32,824 nucleotides of DNA from an uncultured Alphaproteobacteria bacterium (GTDB taxonomy: Bacteria > Pseudomonadota > Alphaproteobacteria > Micavibrionales > SZUA-601): contig CBFGSX010000003.1 of the NCBI GenBank assembly GCA_965651535.1, positions 1-32,824 of the forward strand. The letters are read 5' to 3'. A model generated the notes under the pieces. That model was not told the origin of the DNA, ran no database searches, and saw only the letters and a list, made by a program, of their open reading frames with translations. Shown here in pieces: positions 23,124 through 31,000 of this stretch; within the stretch, counting starts at the first letter, position 1, and each line of letters starts with the position of its first letter. A program made the translations under genes and the position numbers.

Positions 23124-23293
23124 GATTTTTTTGAAACGCAGAGATAAACAGAGAGCGCAGAGATTTCCGTGCCTGCGGCTTGTTGCGCGAAGCGCACCCA
23201 AATATCGAAATAAACGTCAGACTTGTGTTTTCAAGCCGCTGCGCGGCAGGGAAGATAGACAAACTCTGTTTATCTCTGCGTTTCAAAAAAATC
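23124..23293. mobile_element. MITE-like element with perfect 30-bp terminal inverted repeats
   Basis: GATTTTTTTGAAACGCAGAGATAAACAGAG (23124-23153) is the exact reverse complement of 23264-23293. Internal GCGGCTTG/CAAGCCGC inverted pair. Fills the whole gap between two convergent stop codons. Confidence 0.7.
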
Positions 23294-23884
23294 CTACACC
23301 GCAGCAGAGCCGTCGGTCGCCTTTTCTTCTTCCGTCGGCCAGATTTCCGGGAAACTGAAGGGCGGCCACGGGCCGGTCAGCTTGATTTCCATCCACGGAC
23401 GGCGGCCGCGCAAACGCATGGCGACGCGCTGGAAACCGACAACCTGATCGGGATTCAAAAGATAGGCGGTTTGAAACGCCTTGCCGTCCTTGGCCCGCAC
23501 AAGCTTGCTGGCGCGGGCGGCGTAGCCGGACAGGAATTCGTGCAGCGGTTCCAGAATGGCACGCGTGACATTGCCCGACCATGTCACTGCGAATTCGACC
23601 TCGTTGGTGACGGCAAGACGGTTTTCATTGGACGGTTTCTTCAAAGGCTGTTTGCGCTCGAAAACATTTTGCAAAATTTCAGGCAGCGGCGCATCCGACA
23701 CCCACGAGCGTCCGTAAATCCCCGTATCAATATACAAATGCGTCGGCTTGTTGCGCGACAGCGGCGTGTGGCTGAACACACCGACCAGGCGGGGCGTCGA
23801 GACGACCCGGACGAAAATCGTATCCTGATTGGAAGAAAGCGAGGGCAGCACACAATGAACGAGACGCGGCGCGATTTGTTTCAT
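23294..23884 (-). CDS. GvpL/GvpF-like protein (divergent, short)
   Basis: C-terminal AYLL....F....L.....IKLTGPWPPFSF matches the GvpL/F terminal signature. Likely start MKQIAPR. Confidence 0.55.
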   Translation of the reverse strand: MKQIAPRLVHCVLPSLSSNQDTIFVRVVSTPRLVGVFSHTPLSRNKPTHLYIDTGIYGRSWVSDAPLPEILQNVFERKQPLKKPSNENRLAVTNEVEFAVTWSGNVTRAILEPLHEFLSGYAARASKLVRAKDGKAFQTAYLLNPDQVVGFQRVAMRLRGRRPWMEIKLTGPWPPFSFPEIWPTEEEKATDGSAAV

Positions 23885-23933
23885 ACCCACGAGTCTAGAG
23901 TCGCGCACGCAACGATGCAACAAAAAACTTTTT

Positions 23934-24377
23934 TCAAAGAGGCTGTGGAGTCTTGCGGCGCTTGCGCTTGAACGGCACGACGTTGTTCGGCGCCGGATTT
24001 ATTGAATCGATTGAATCGCTTGCGGGTTTTGCAGCCGGCATCAGCGACGACAGGACGATGTTGAGCGTCTCTTGCGACGTGCGGGCAAACTCGCGGAGAA
24101 GATCGTGCTGCGGCGTCACATCGGTCTTGGCGACGGTCGGAGCCGGATGATCGGCTTCGGCGTAGCCGTAAATATCGTTGGTATTTTCCTGAAAGCCTCT
24201 GGCCGCGATGATTTTCGGATCGGGCGTGTTGACATTGGCGGGAGCCGTCATGCTGAAGGCGCCCTGACCGAAACCGCTGGTCAGCGCCTGAAGCTCAAAA
24301 TCCTGTTGGCGCGTCATGACGTCGTTGCGCGCGGCGACGCTGCCGAGAATGTCGAAGATACGGGCGAAATCAGGCAT
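23934..24377 (-). CDS. Hypothetical protein
   Basis: Start MPDFARIF overlaps the upstream stop; host-like codon usage; C-terminal NNVVPFKR. Confidence 0.6.
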   Translation of the reverse strand: MPDFARIFDILGSVAARNDVMTRQQDFELQALTSGFGQGAFSMTAPANVNTPDPKIIAARGFQENTNDIYGYAEADHPAPTVAKTDVTPQHDLLREFARTSQETLNIVLSSLMPAAKPASDSIDSINPAPNNVVPFKRKRRKTPQPL

Positions 24378-24798
24378 CCTTTTGCTCCCTTTGGGTTGCC
24401 TCGTCGCGAAATTGGGCCATAAAGGTTGCGATTTGGTTAAAATTCTCGGCCAGCAGGCTGCGTTGAGCCTCGTAAGCCTCGGGATTTTCTTCGACTTTCT
24501 CGGCGAAATCGGGACTGACATGCTCGGCGATGGCCTGCCCCATCGTCTTGAGCGCGTCGCGGTGCGGGTCACCCTCGTCCATGCGGCTGGCGATGGCTTT
24601 CATTGCGTGGCTATAGACCAGAATCGAGCGATAGGGCGGCAATCGGCTCAGGTAAATCTGGAAGCGGCGATAATTCTCCTCGGGCACAGGCCCGCGCGTC
24701 GTGAGAATGGATTGCAACGCGATGATCGCGTTTTTTTCATCGATCTCGTACCGATTGGCAATCGGGTTGGTCAGCTCGCGAAGGGTTTCGGAGGTCAT
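24370..24798 (-). CDS. Hypothetical helical protein
   Basis: 142-aa ORF with host-like codon usage, coupled to the next ORF. Confidence 0.65.
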   Translation of the reverse strand: MTSETLRELTNPIANRYEIDEKNAIIALQSILTTRGPVPEENYRRFQIYLSRLPPYRSILVYSHAMKAIASRMDEGDPHRDALKTMGQAIAEHVSPDFAEKVEENPEAYEAQRSLLAENFNQIATFMAQFRDEATQREQKDA

Positions 24799-24821
24799 AA
24801 GATGAAATTGGCGCGGCCTTC

Positions 24822-24848
24822 GTTACCAAATCCTTACCGGATGCTTAA
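24822..24848 (-). promoter_or_regulatory. Tandem CtrA-like half-site array
   Basis: Minus strand TTAA-N7-GTAA-N7-GTAAC, between the divergent hypothetical operon and comM. Confidence 0.45.
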
Positions 24849-24931
24849 TCGGGCCATCAGCCCGTTAACTGTGGCATAGATGTCACAAAACCGCTCTTGC
24901 GCCGTCCCGCATACCATTTAATGTTGTGCGC

Positions 24932-26455
24932 ATGGTCGCCACAACCCATTCCGTCACGTTTCACGGCCTCCAGCCGATGACCATCGAGGTTCAGGCCCAG
25001 GTTTCGCCGGGTCTGCCGAAATTCGTCATCGTCGGCCTGCCGGACAAGGCGGTCTCGGAGGCGCGCGAACGCGTGCGCGGCGCGTTGCAATCGATGGGGC
25101 TGTCGCTTCCGGCCAAGGGGCTGACCGTCAACCTTGCCCCCGCCGATGTCGCCAAGGAAGGCAGCCATTTTGATTTGCCGATCGCGCTGGCCGTTTTGGG
25201 CGCGATGGACGTCCTGCCGCAGGATGCCCTCGATAACACGCTGGCGATGGGCGAGCTGGGATTGAACGGCCAGATACGCCCCGTCTCGGGCGTGCTGCCC
25301 GCAACCTTGCACGCGCATGACAAGAACATGGTCATGATCTGCCCCGCCGCCAACGGCGCCGAAGCGGCATGGATCGGCGGCGCGAGCATCTTGGCGCCGG
25401 AAAATCTGCTGGCGCTGATCAACCATATGAAAGGCTCGCAAGTCCTGTCGCCGCCCGAAGCGCCGACCTCGCGCGTCGCGCACATTAAAAACATGCCGGA
25501 TTTCTCCGACGTCAAAGGTCAGGAAAGCGCCAAGCGCGCGCTCGAGATTGCCGCGGCGGGCGGCCATAACGTGTTGATGATCGGCCCGCCGGGATCTGGG
25601 AAATCCATGCTCGCCGCGCGCGTGGCCGGTATTTTGCCGCCTTTGTCGCCGATGGAGGCCTTGGAAGTTTCCATGATTCAATCGCTCGCCGGATTATTGG
25701 CCGACGGCGCGATTGCGGCGCACCGCCCTTACCGCGATCCGCATCATTCCGCCAGCACGCCCGCGCTGGTCGGCGGCGGCCACAAAGTAAAACCCGGCGA
25801 GATTTCTTTGGCGCATCACGGCGTGTTGTTCCTCGACGAATTGCCCGAGTTCGACCGCGACTCTTTGGAATCTTTGCGCCAACCTTTGGAAACGGGCCAT
25901 GTCGCCATCGCGCGCGCCAATCATCATGTGACCTATCCGGCGCGGTTTCAGTTGATCGCCGCGATGAACCCGTGCCGCTGCGGTTTTATGACCGATCCCA
26001 ACCAGGCCTGTTCGCGCGCGCCCAAATGCGGCCTCGATTACCAGGCGAAACTCTCGGGGCCGCTGCTCGACCGTTTCGATTTGTTCGTCGACGTGCCGGC
26101 GGTTTCCATCGACGATCTGCAACAAAAAGCGGCCAATGAAAACTCCGCCGCCGTCTCGGCCCGCGTCGCGCGCGCCCGTGCCGCCCAGACCGAGCGCCAC
26201 CGGGAATTATTCGGCGTGACACTAATCAACACCCAGCTTCAGGGCGAGGCTTTGGAAAAAGTCACCGTTTTGGACGCGGCCAGCGAAAGCTTAATGAAAA
26301 CCGCAGCAAACAAGATGAAGCTCTCGGCGCGGGCCTATCACCGCGTCTTGCGCGTGGCGCGCACCATCGCCGATCTGGACGGCTCGGACGCCATACAATC
26401 CAATCACTTGTCCGAGGCCTTGGCCTTTCGCCGCCGCGTTGATACAGCGACGTAA
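24932..26455 (+). CDS. comM: ComM/YifB family Mg-chelatase-like AAA+ ATPase
   Basis: IVGLPDKAVSEARERV, NLAPAD..KEGSHFDLPIA, GPPGSGKS, PHHSAS, LFLDELPEF, AAMNPCRCG, SARAYHRVLRVARTIADL. Confidence 0.95.
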   Translation: MVATTHSVTFHGLQPMTIEVQAQVSPGLPKFVIVGLPDKAVSEARERVRGALQSMGLSLPAKGLTVNLAPADVAKEGSHFDLPIALAVLGAMDVLPQDALDNTLAMGELGLNGQIRPVSGVLPATLHAHDKNMVMICPAANGAEAAWIGGASILAPENLLALINHMKGSQVLSPPEAPTSRVAHIKNMPDFSDVKGQESAKRALEIAAAGGHNVLMIGPPGSGKSMLAARVAGILPPLSPMEALEVSMIQSLAGLLADGAIAAHRPYRDPHHSASTPALVGGGHKVKPGEISLAHHGVLFLDELPEFDRDSLESLRQPLETGHVAIARANHHVTYPARFQLIAAMNPCRCGFMTDPNQACSRAPKCGLDYQAKLSGPLLDRFDLFVDVPAVSIDDLQQKAANENSAAVSARVARARAAQTERHRELFGVTLINTQLQGEALEKVTVLDAASESLMKTAANKMKLSARAYHRVLRVARTIADLDGSDAIQSNHLSEALAFRRRVDTAT

Positions 26456-26543
26456 TCTATATCTAAGCCTGCGGTATAACCGAAGGTCTCAAAGTAGTTA
26501 TCTCATCTAATAAAATACGCAGCGCTCTGCTAGGTTCCAAGAA

Positions 26544-26613
26544 GCGGCAGATAATAGCCCAGACGGTTCAGCACCTTTTTGGCCTATTGCACATCGAACG
26601 GATCGGCAGCGCT
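26544..26613 (-). pseudogene. Degenerate fragment duplicating the 5' end of the MuF-toxin gene
   Basis: 26544-26604 matches 27755-27815 at 58/61 nt. Reads SAADPFDVQ*AKKVLNRLGYYLP, with CAG changed to TAG. Confidence 0.85.
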
Positions 26614-26619
26614 TAACTA

Positions 26620-26928
26620 CTATCTCAATCGCTTTCGCGTAAAAAACTTAACCAATCCATAGACCGCCCAAATTACAGCCTGCACCAGACTATGCGCAGC
26701 AAGAAAAACAAATAATGGTTCTGTAAACGCAGCAATATTGAAATCACACTTTTTGCCAAAAAAATCATCTATGTAATATGATTTCGCACCCTCTGCTACA
26801 GAGCAATAAACCCCACTATAACGCAAATCATCATAAAACATGGCTCCAAAAGGCGCGCTCACAATGACAAAAAAAATAGCGGATAGCAGCAAGAATATCC
26901 CATCTATTTTGTTGCGCTTTCTATCCAT
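26620..26928 (-). CDS. Small two-TM membrane protein; candidate immunity protein
   Basis: AT-rich, two hydrophobic segments around a loop with two Cys, overlapping the 3' end of the upstream toxin-like gene. Confidence 0.6.
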   Translation of the reverse strand: MDRKRNKIDGIFLLLSAIFFVIVSAPFGAMFYDDLRYSGVYCSVAEGAKSYYIDDFFGKKCDFNIAAFTEPLFVFLAAHSLVQAVIWAVYGLVKFFTRKRLR

Positions 26929-27854
26929 GGCCTTTCCCGATAAATGCGTCCGATGTACGCAGCATAGTCACTAATTTTTTCCTGCCCTATATATTCCCAT
27001 ATCGCGCCAATCTTCTCCGGGCTTGGCTTAATAATGCGCGCTTGTATTCGTTTAAGCAATATTGCTCCGGCTTCAACATTCTTTTCCGGATCGTACAAAT
27101 CATCTTTGTTGTCGGAAATAAGACGATACCAAATATCTCGATAAACATTCATTGGCATGATAGTCTTTGATTTTTTAACATTATCCAGTAAGTATCCCGC
27201 ACCTAACCATGACCCGCGCGCATTCTCCGCCCACATGACCGCGCGTATTAAGTCTGGATCAACATGATGCTTCTTTGCTTGCCTTTGAATAATCTCCTCA
27301 TTTTCTTTTACAGCTTGCCGCGCAAGACCGGTATATTCATACCAAGGAGAGGTATCATTATTATAATCGGTATTCTCAATTTCAAAAATTGCTGGCGTAT
27401 CATTTAGAACAGACCGGATGCGCTCTTTTGAAGAGTTGATGACGGGCACATCTTTAATATCCACTGGCTCCGCCCAGCAGCGGCAGTTTATTTCCTCGCC
27501 CGGATCGGGGCTGTCGCCCCATGAACGGAGATCGCCATCGAGCGCGGCATGGGAACCGCGCACCCGATCGTCGCCCACCGTGCGCCAGCGGTAAAACCCT
27601 TCCGGCGTGACCGCCGCCTCGCGCGTGAGAATCTTTTCCGTCTCGCCGCCGGGCCGTATGATGCCGTCGGGCTTCAGATCGTGGTTGCGTTGAAACGCTG
27701 TCAGCGCATCGAACAGCGCCATATCAGGAATGCCGGTAATGCCGAGCTTCTCCGGCGGCCGATAATAGCCCAGACGGTTCAGCGCCTTTTTGGCCTGTTG
27801 CACATCGAACGGATCCACGGCACTGTTGCGGGAGAGGCGCTTAGAAAGCTTCAT
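26904..27854 (-). CDS. Peptidoglycan-binding + MuF (phage minor head) + lytic transglycosylase-like protein
   Basis: DVQQAKKALNRLGYY..ALTAFQRNHDLKPDGII (PG-binding); YRWRTVGDDRVRGSH..PGEEINCRCWAEP (MuF core); IIQRQAKKHHVDPDLIRAVMWAEN..LYDPEKNVEAGAILLK (SLT-like). Confidence 0.85.
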   Translation of the reverse strand: MKLSKRLSRNSAVDPFDVQQAKKALNRLGYYRPPEKLGITGIPDMALFDALTAFQRNHDLKPDGIIRPGGETEKILTREAAVTPEGFYRWRTVGDDRVRGSHAALDGDLRSWGDSPDPGEEINCRCWAEPVDIKDVPVINSSKERIRSVLNDTPAIFEIENTDYNNDTSPWYEYTGLARQAVKENEEIIQRQAKKHHVDPDLIRAVMWAENARGSWLGAGYLLDNVKKSKTIMPMNVYRDIWYRLISDNKDDLYDPEKNVEAGAILLKRIQARIIKPSPEKIGAIWEYIGQEKISDYAAYIGRIYRERPWIESATK

Positions 27855-27876
27855 TGAATAATATTCCTATTAAATG

Positions 27877-27905
27877 AATATATTCCTATATTAAAACCTT
27901 GTCAA
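27877..27905 (-). promoter_or_regulatory. Near-consensus sigma70 promoter of the MuF gene
   Basis: Minus strand TTGACA(27905-27900)-N17-TATATT(27882-27877). Confidence 0.7.
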
Positions 27906-27969
27906 TCCCGTTTTTGGTGGTTTGACAGGTTAACGCCCGCCCCCTAAACAGGACTTACAGGAGAACATC

Positions 27970-28371
27970 ATGATCGGACTGGTTATCGTGACGCACGGCC
28001 ATCTGGCCGAAGAGTTCCACAAGGTTATGGAACACGTGGTCGGCCCGCAAAAGAGCATCGCCACGATCTGCATCGCTCCCGACGACAACATGGAAGAGCG
28101 CCGCGAGGACATTCTCAAGGCCATCGACAAAGTCGATGGCGGCGCTGGCGCGATCGTCCTGACCGATATGTTCGGCGGCACGCCGTCGAATTTGGCCATC
28201 TCCATTACCAGCAACCGCAAGATCGAAGTGCTGGCGGGGGTCAACGTTCCCATGCTGGTCAAGATCGCCGCCGTGCGCGACAAGACGGGCATCGCCGAGG
28301 CCGTCGAGGCGGCGCGCGAAGCCGGACGCAAATACATCAACGTCGCCTCGCAATTGCTGGGCGAGGCTTGA
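27970..28371 (+). CDS. manX: PTS EIIA, mannose/fructose-type (ManX-like)
   Basis: MIGLVIVTHG (phospho-His), LTDMFGGTPSNLA, GVNVPML. Confidence 0.93.
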   Translation: MIGLVIVTHGHLAEEFHKVMEHVVGPQKSIATICIAPDDNMEERREDILKAIDKVDGGAGAIVLTDMFGGTPSNLAISITSNRKIEVLAGVNVPMLVKIAAVRDKTGIAEAVEAAREAGRKYINVASQLLGEA

Positions 28372-28667
28372 TGTTTGCGATGCCGTCACTTACGCAAAAA
28401 ATCATGATCGTCAACCGGCGCGGCCTTCACGCCCGCGCCGCGGCAAAATTTTCCAAGCTCGCCTCGCAATATCACTGCGACATCGACGTGACGCGCGCCG
28501 ACGTGATCGCGCCGGGCAAATCCATTCTCGACCTGTTGATGCTGGCGGCTTCTCAGGGCAAGGAGATCACCATCACCTGCGACGGCGACGACGCCGAAGA
28601 GGCAATGCACGAGCTTTGCGACCTGATCGCGCGCGGTTTCGACGAAAAGGATGACGATGATTGCTGA
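28371..28667 (+). CDS. ptsH: HPr family phosphocarrier (HPr/NPr)
   Basis: NRRGLHARAAAKF (His15), GKSILDLLML (Ser46), GFDE. Confidence 0.93.
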   Translation: MFAMPSLTQKIMIVNRRGLHARAAAKFSKLASQYHCDIDVTRADVIAPGKSILDLLMLAASQGKEITITCDGDDAEEAMHELCDLIARGFDEKDDDDC

Positions 28668-28695
28668 CGGCCACGAATATACGGGATCGGGAACA

Positions 28696-30360
28696 ATGCC
28701 CGAAGAGATCCTCGACGGCATTCCCCTGTCGCCCGGCATCGCCATCGGCGAGGGCTTTATGCTCGAAACCATCGCCGTCGAAGCGCCGTTTTACCCGATC
28801 GCGCCCGAAGCCGTGGCGCTTGAGCTGGAACGCTTCGACAAGGCCTGCCAGAAAGCGCACAAGCAAATCACGAAGCTCCAGACAAAGGCCGAGACGCTGC
28901 CCGCCGAGGCCGCCGAAGACATTGTTATGCTGTTGGATGTGCATATCGCGCTGGTAGCAGAGAACTCACGCCTGACCAAAGGCGTCAAGGAGCGTATCAA
29001 GAGCCACCGCATCAACGCCGAACAAGCGGTGCAACAGGAAATTGCGCATTTGGCCAAGCCTTTCGACGAGATGGAGGATAATTATCTCGCCGGGCGCATC
29101 AAGGATATCGAAGATGTCGGCCGCCGTCTTGTCCGTAACCTGCTCGAGCGCAAATACGTCGCGCTCAAAGCCGTGCCGATGGGCGGCGTCGTCATCTCCG
29201 AGGAGATCACACCTGCCGATACCGCCTTTATGAACCCCGACAAGATCGGCGGCTTTGTCACGATGGTCGGCGGCCGCCAGAGCCACACCGCCATTCTGGC
29301 ACGCTCCTTGCGCCTTCCGGCGGTGGCGGGTATTCCGAATATGCCACGCCATTTATATGACGACAGCTTCGTCGTCATCGACGGCACCGAAGGCCGCGTC
29401 ATCATCAATCCGACGCACGAGACGCTGGCCTTTTATAAAAAGAAGCGCGAATCCGATCAGCAATATCAGGCACGGCTGCAAGCGCGCGCCGCGGAACCCG
29501 CCGTCACGCGCGATGGCACGCGCATTCAGGTCGAGGCGAATTTTTCTTCCCCGGACGATCTCGAACGCATTTTGAAATCCGGCGCCGAAGGCATCGGCCT
29601 TGTGCGCACGGAATTCCTGTTCATCGGACGCGACGACATTCCTTCGGCGCAGGAACAATACGACACGCTGGCCGAGATCGTGCGCGCCATGGACGGCAAG
29701 CCGCTGACGATCCGCACCTTGGATGTCGGCGGCGACAAAATTTCGCCCGCCATTCAGGGCCGCATCCTGCAAGAACAAAACCCGGCTTTGGGATTGCGCG
29801 GCATCCGCCTTAGCCTCGCCATGCCGGATATCACGATCGCGCAATGCACCGCGCTGCTGCGCGTCGCGGCTTTGGGCCATGTCCGCATCCTGTTGCCGAT
29901 GATCACCACGGTCGAGGAGATCCGCCAGTTCCGCCAGATTTTTGCCGAGACCGCTACAAGGCTGCAGGCCGAAAAAGTTCCGATCGGCCCGGTGGACGGC
30001 ATCGGCGTGATGATCGAAACCCCGGCCACGGCCATCGTGCCGGATCTTTTCGCACAAGAGGCCGACTTTCTGTCCATCGGCACGAACGACCTTGTGCAAT
30101 ACACGCTGGCCGTCGATCGCGGCAACGAGGCCGTCGCGAGTATCTTCGATTCCGGCCATCCGGCCATCCGCAAACTGATCGAACAGACGGTCGCCGCCGG
30201 ACGCAATCGCGGCATTCCCGTCACCGTCTGCGGCGAGATCGCCGGAGACCCCAATTTTACCGATTTCCTGCTCAAAGCGGGGGTGCGCGCCCTGTCCATG
30301 TCCGCCGGTGCCATTCCGCTTATTAAGGAACGGGTGCGCAATATCGCGCTAAAAGGTTGA
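28696..30360 (+). CDS. ptsI: PTS enzyme I (no N-terminal GAF domain)
   Basis: SPGIAIG, GGRQSHTAILARS (phospho-His), GIGLVRTEF, RTLDVGGDK, NPALGLRGIR, SIGTNDLVQY, VCGE. Start uncertain (28651-28696). Confidence 0.93.
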   Translation: MPEEILDGIPLSPGIAIGEGFMLETIAVEAPFYPIAPEAVALELERFDKACQKAHKQITKLQTKAETLPAEAAEDIVMLLDVHIALVAENSRLTKGVKERIKSHRINAEQAVQQEIAHLAKPFDEMEDNYLAGRIKDIEDVGRRLVRNLLERKYVALKAVPMGGVVISEEITPADTAFMNPDKIGGFVTMVGGRQSHTAILARSLRLPAVAGIPNMPRHLYDDSFVVIDGTEGRVIINPTHETLAFYKKKRESDQQYQARLQARAAEPAVTRDGTRIQVEANFSSPDDLERILKSGAEGIGLVRTEFLFIGRDDIPSAQEQYDTLAEIVRAMDGKPLTIRTLDVGGDKISPAIQGRILQEQNPALGLRGIRLSLAMPDITIAQCTALLRVAALGHVRILLPMITTVEEIRQFRQIFAETATRLQAEKVPIGPVDGIGVMIETPATAIVPDLFAQEADFLSIGTNDLVQYTLAVDRGNEAVASIFDSGHPAIRKLIEQTVAAGRNRGIPVTVCGEIAGDPNFTDFLLKAGVRALSMSAGAIPLIKERVRNIALKG

Positions 30361-30393
30361 CTTTTACCATAATCTTTGGTATTATCCCCTCCC

Positions 30394-30885
30394 ATGAGCA
30401 AACGCCTTGCCTTCATGGAAGAAGCCGAACGCATGACGGCCAAAGCCTTTTGGGTCTGGTCCGAACCGCAGGTCGACCCGACGCGCCGCTTTATGCGTCT
30501 GATGTATTACGCCAAAAAATCTCTCGACGACAGCCCGACGGTGCCGCGCAATTTGTTCGAAGCCCTGCCCTTCGACTTGCTTGACGAAGCCAAGCACAAC
30601 AAGGAATTGCACGCCAATATGGACTTTATGCGCCTGATGCTTAAAGAGAAGTCCTATTACGTGGTGGAGCCGGAAACACGCATCGCGCGCGCGGACGGAA
30701 AAAGCCCGACATCCCCGCTCGAATACGCCCAGGAGCTGGGCAAAGATTACCCGCCTCTGGAAAAATGGCTGACGGAAAAGCTCCTGCAGCAACAGAAGAA
30801 ACTGCTCTATTTTGGGCATGAGTTTCCCCGCACAGGGCAATCCAGCGTGTCGCAGGAACTTTTTCGACGCAAACCTGCGCCGTAA
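30394..30885 (+). CDS. Hypothetical protein
   Basis: 163-aa ORF (MSKRLAF...) with host-like codon usage, between ptsI and ahcY. Confidence 0.6.
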   Translation: MSKRLAFMEEAERMTAKAFWVWSEPQVDPTRRFMRLMYYAKKSLDDSPTVPRNLFEALPFDLLDEAKHNKELHANMDFMRLMLKEKSYYVVEPETRIARADGKSPTSPLEYAQELGKDYPPLEKWLTEKLLQQQKKLLYFGHEFPRTGQSSVSQELFRRKPAP

Positions 30886-30914
30886 GAGCCTTTTATCCGC
30901 GATTCAAACGGCGT

Positions 30915-30940
30915 GGGTCTGGTCAGGCCCTGTTTTTTTT
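30915..30940 (+). terminator. Probable intrinsic terminator
   Basis: GGGTCT-GGTC-AGGCCC hairpin followed by TG and 8 T. Confidence 0.5.
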
Positions 30941-31000
30941 CCTTGCTCCGCACCCCCAGACCTTTATGGTGCGGAGAAACATAAATTCAAGGAGCCCTCC

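Noticed and set aside
23098-23358. Two opposite ORFs both starting MKRRDKQ
   Set aside because: Artefact of the terminal inverted repeats.
24932-27854. Prophage or integrative element inserted in comM
   Set aside because: comM is intact, and no integrase, att pair or other phage genes are present.
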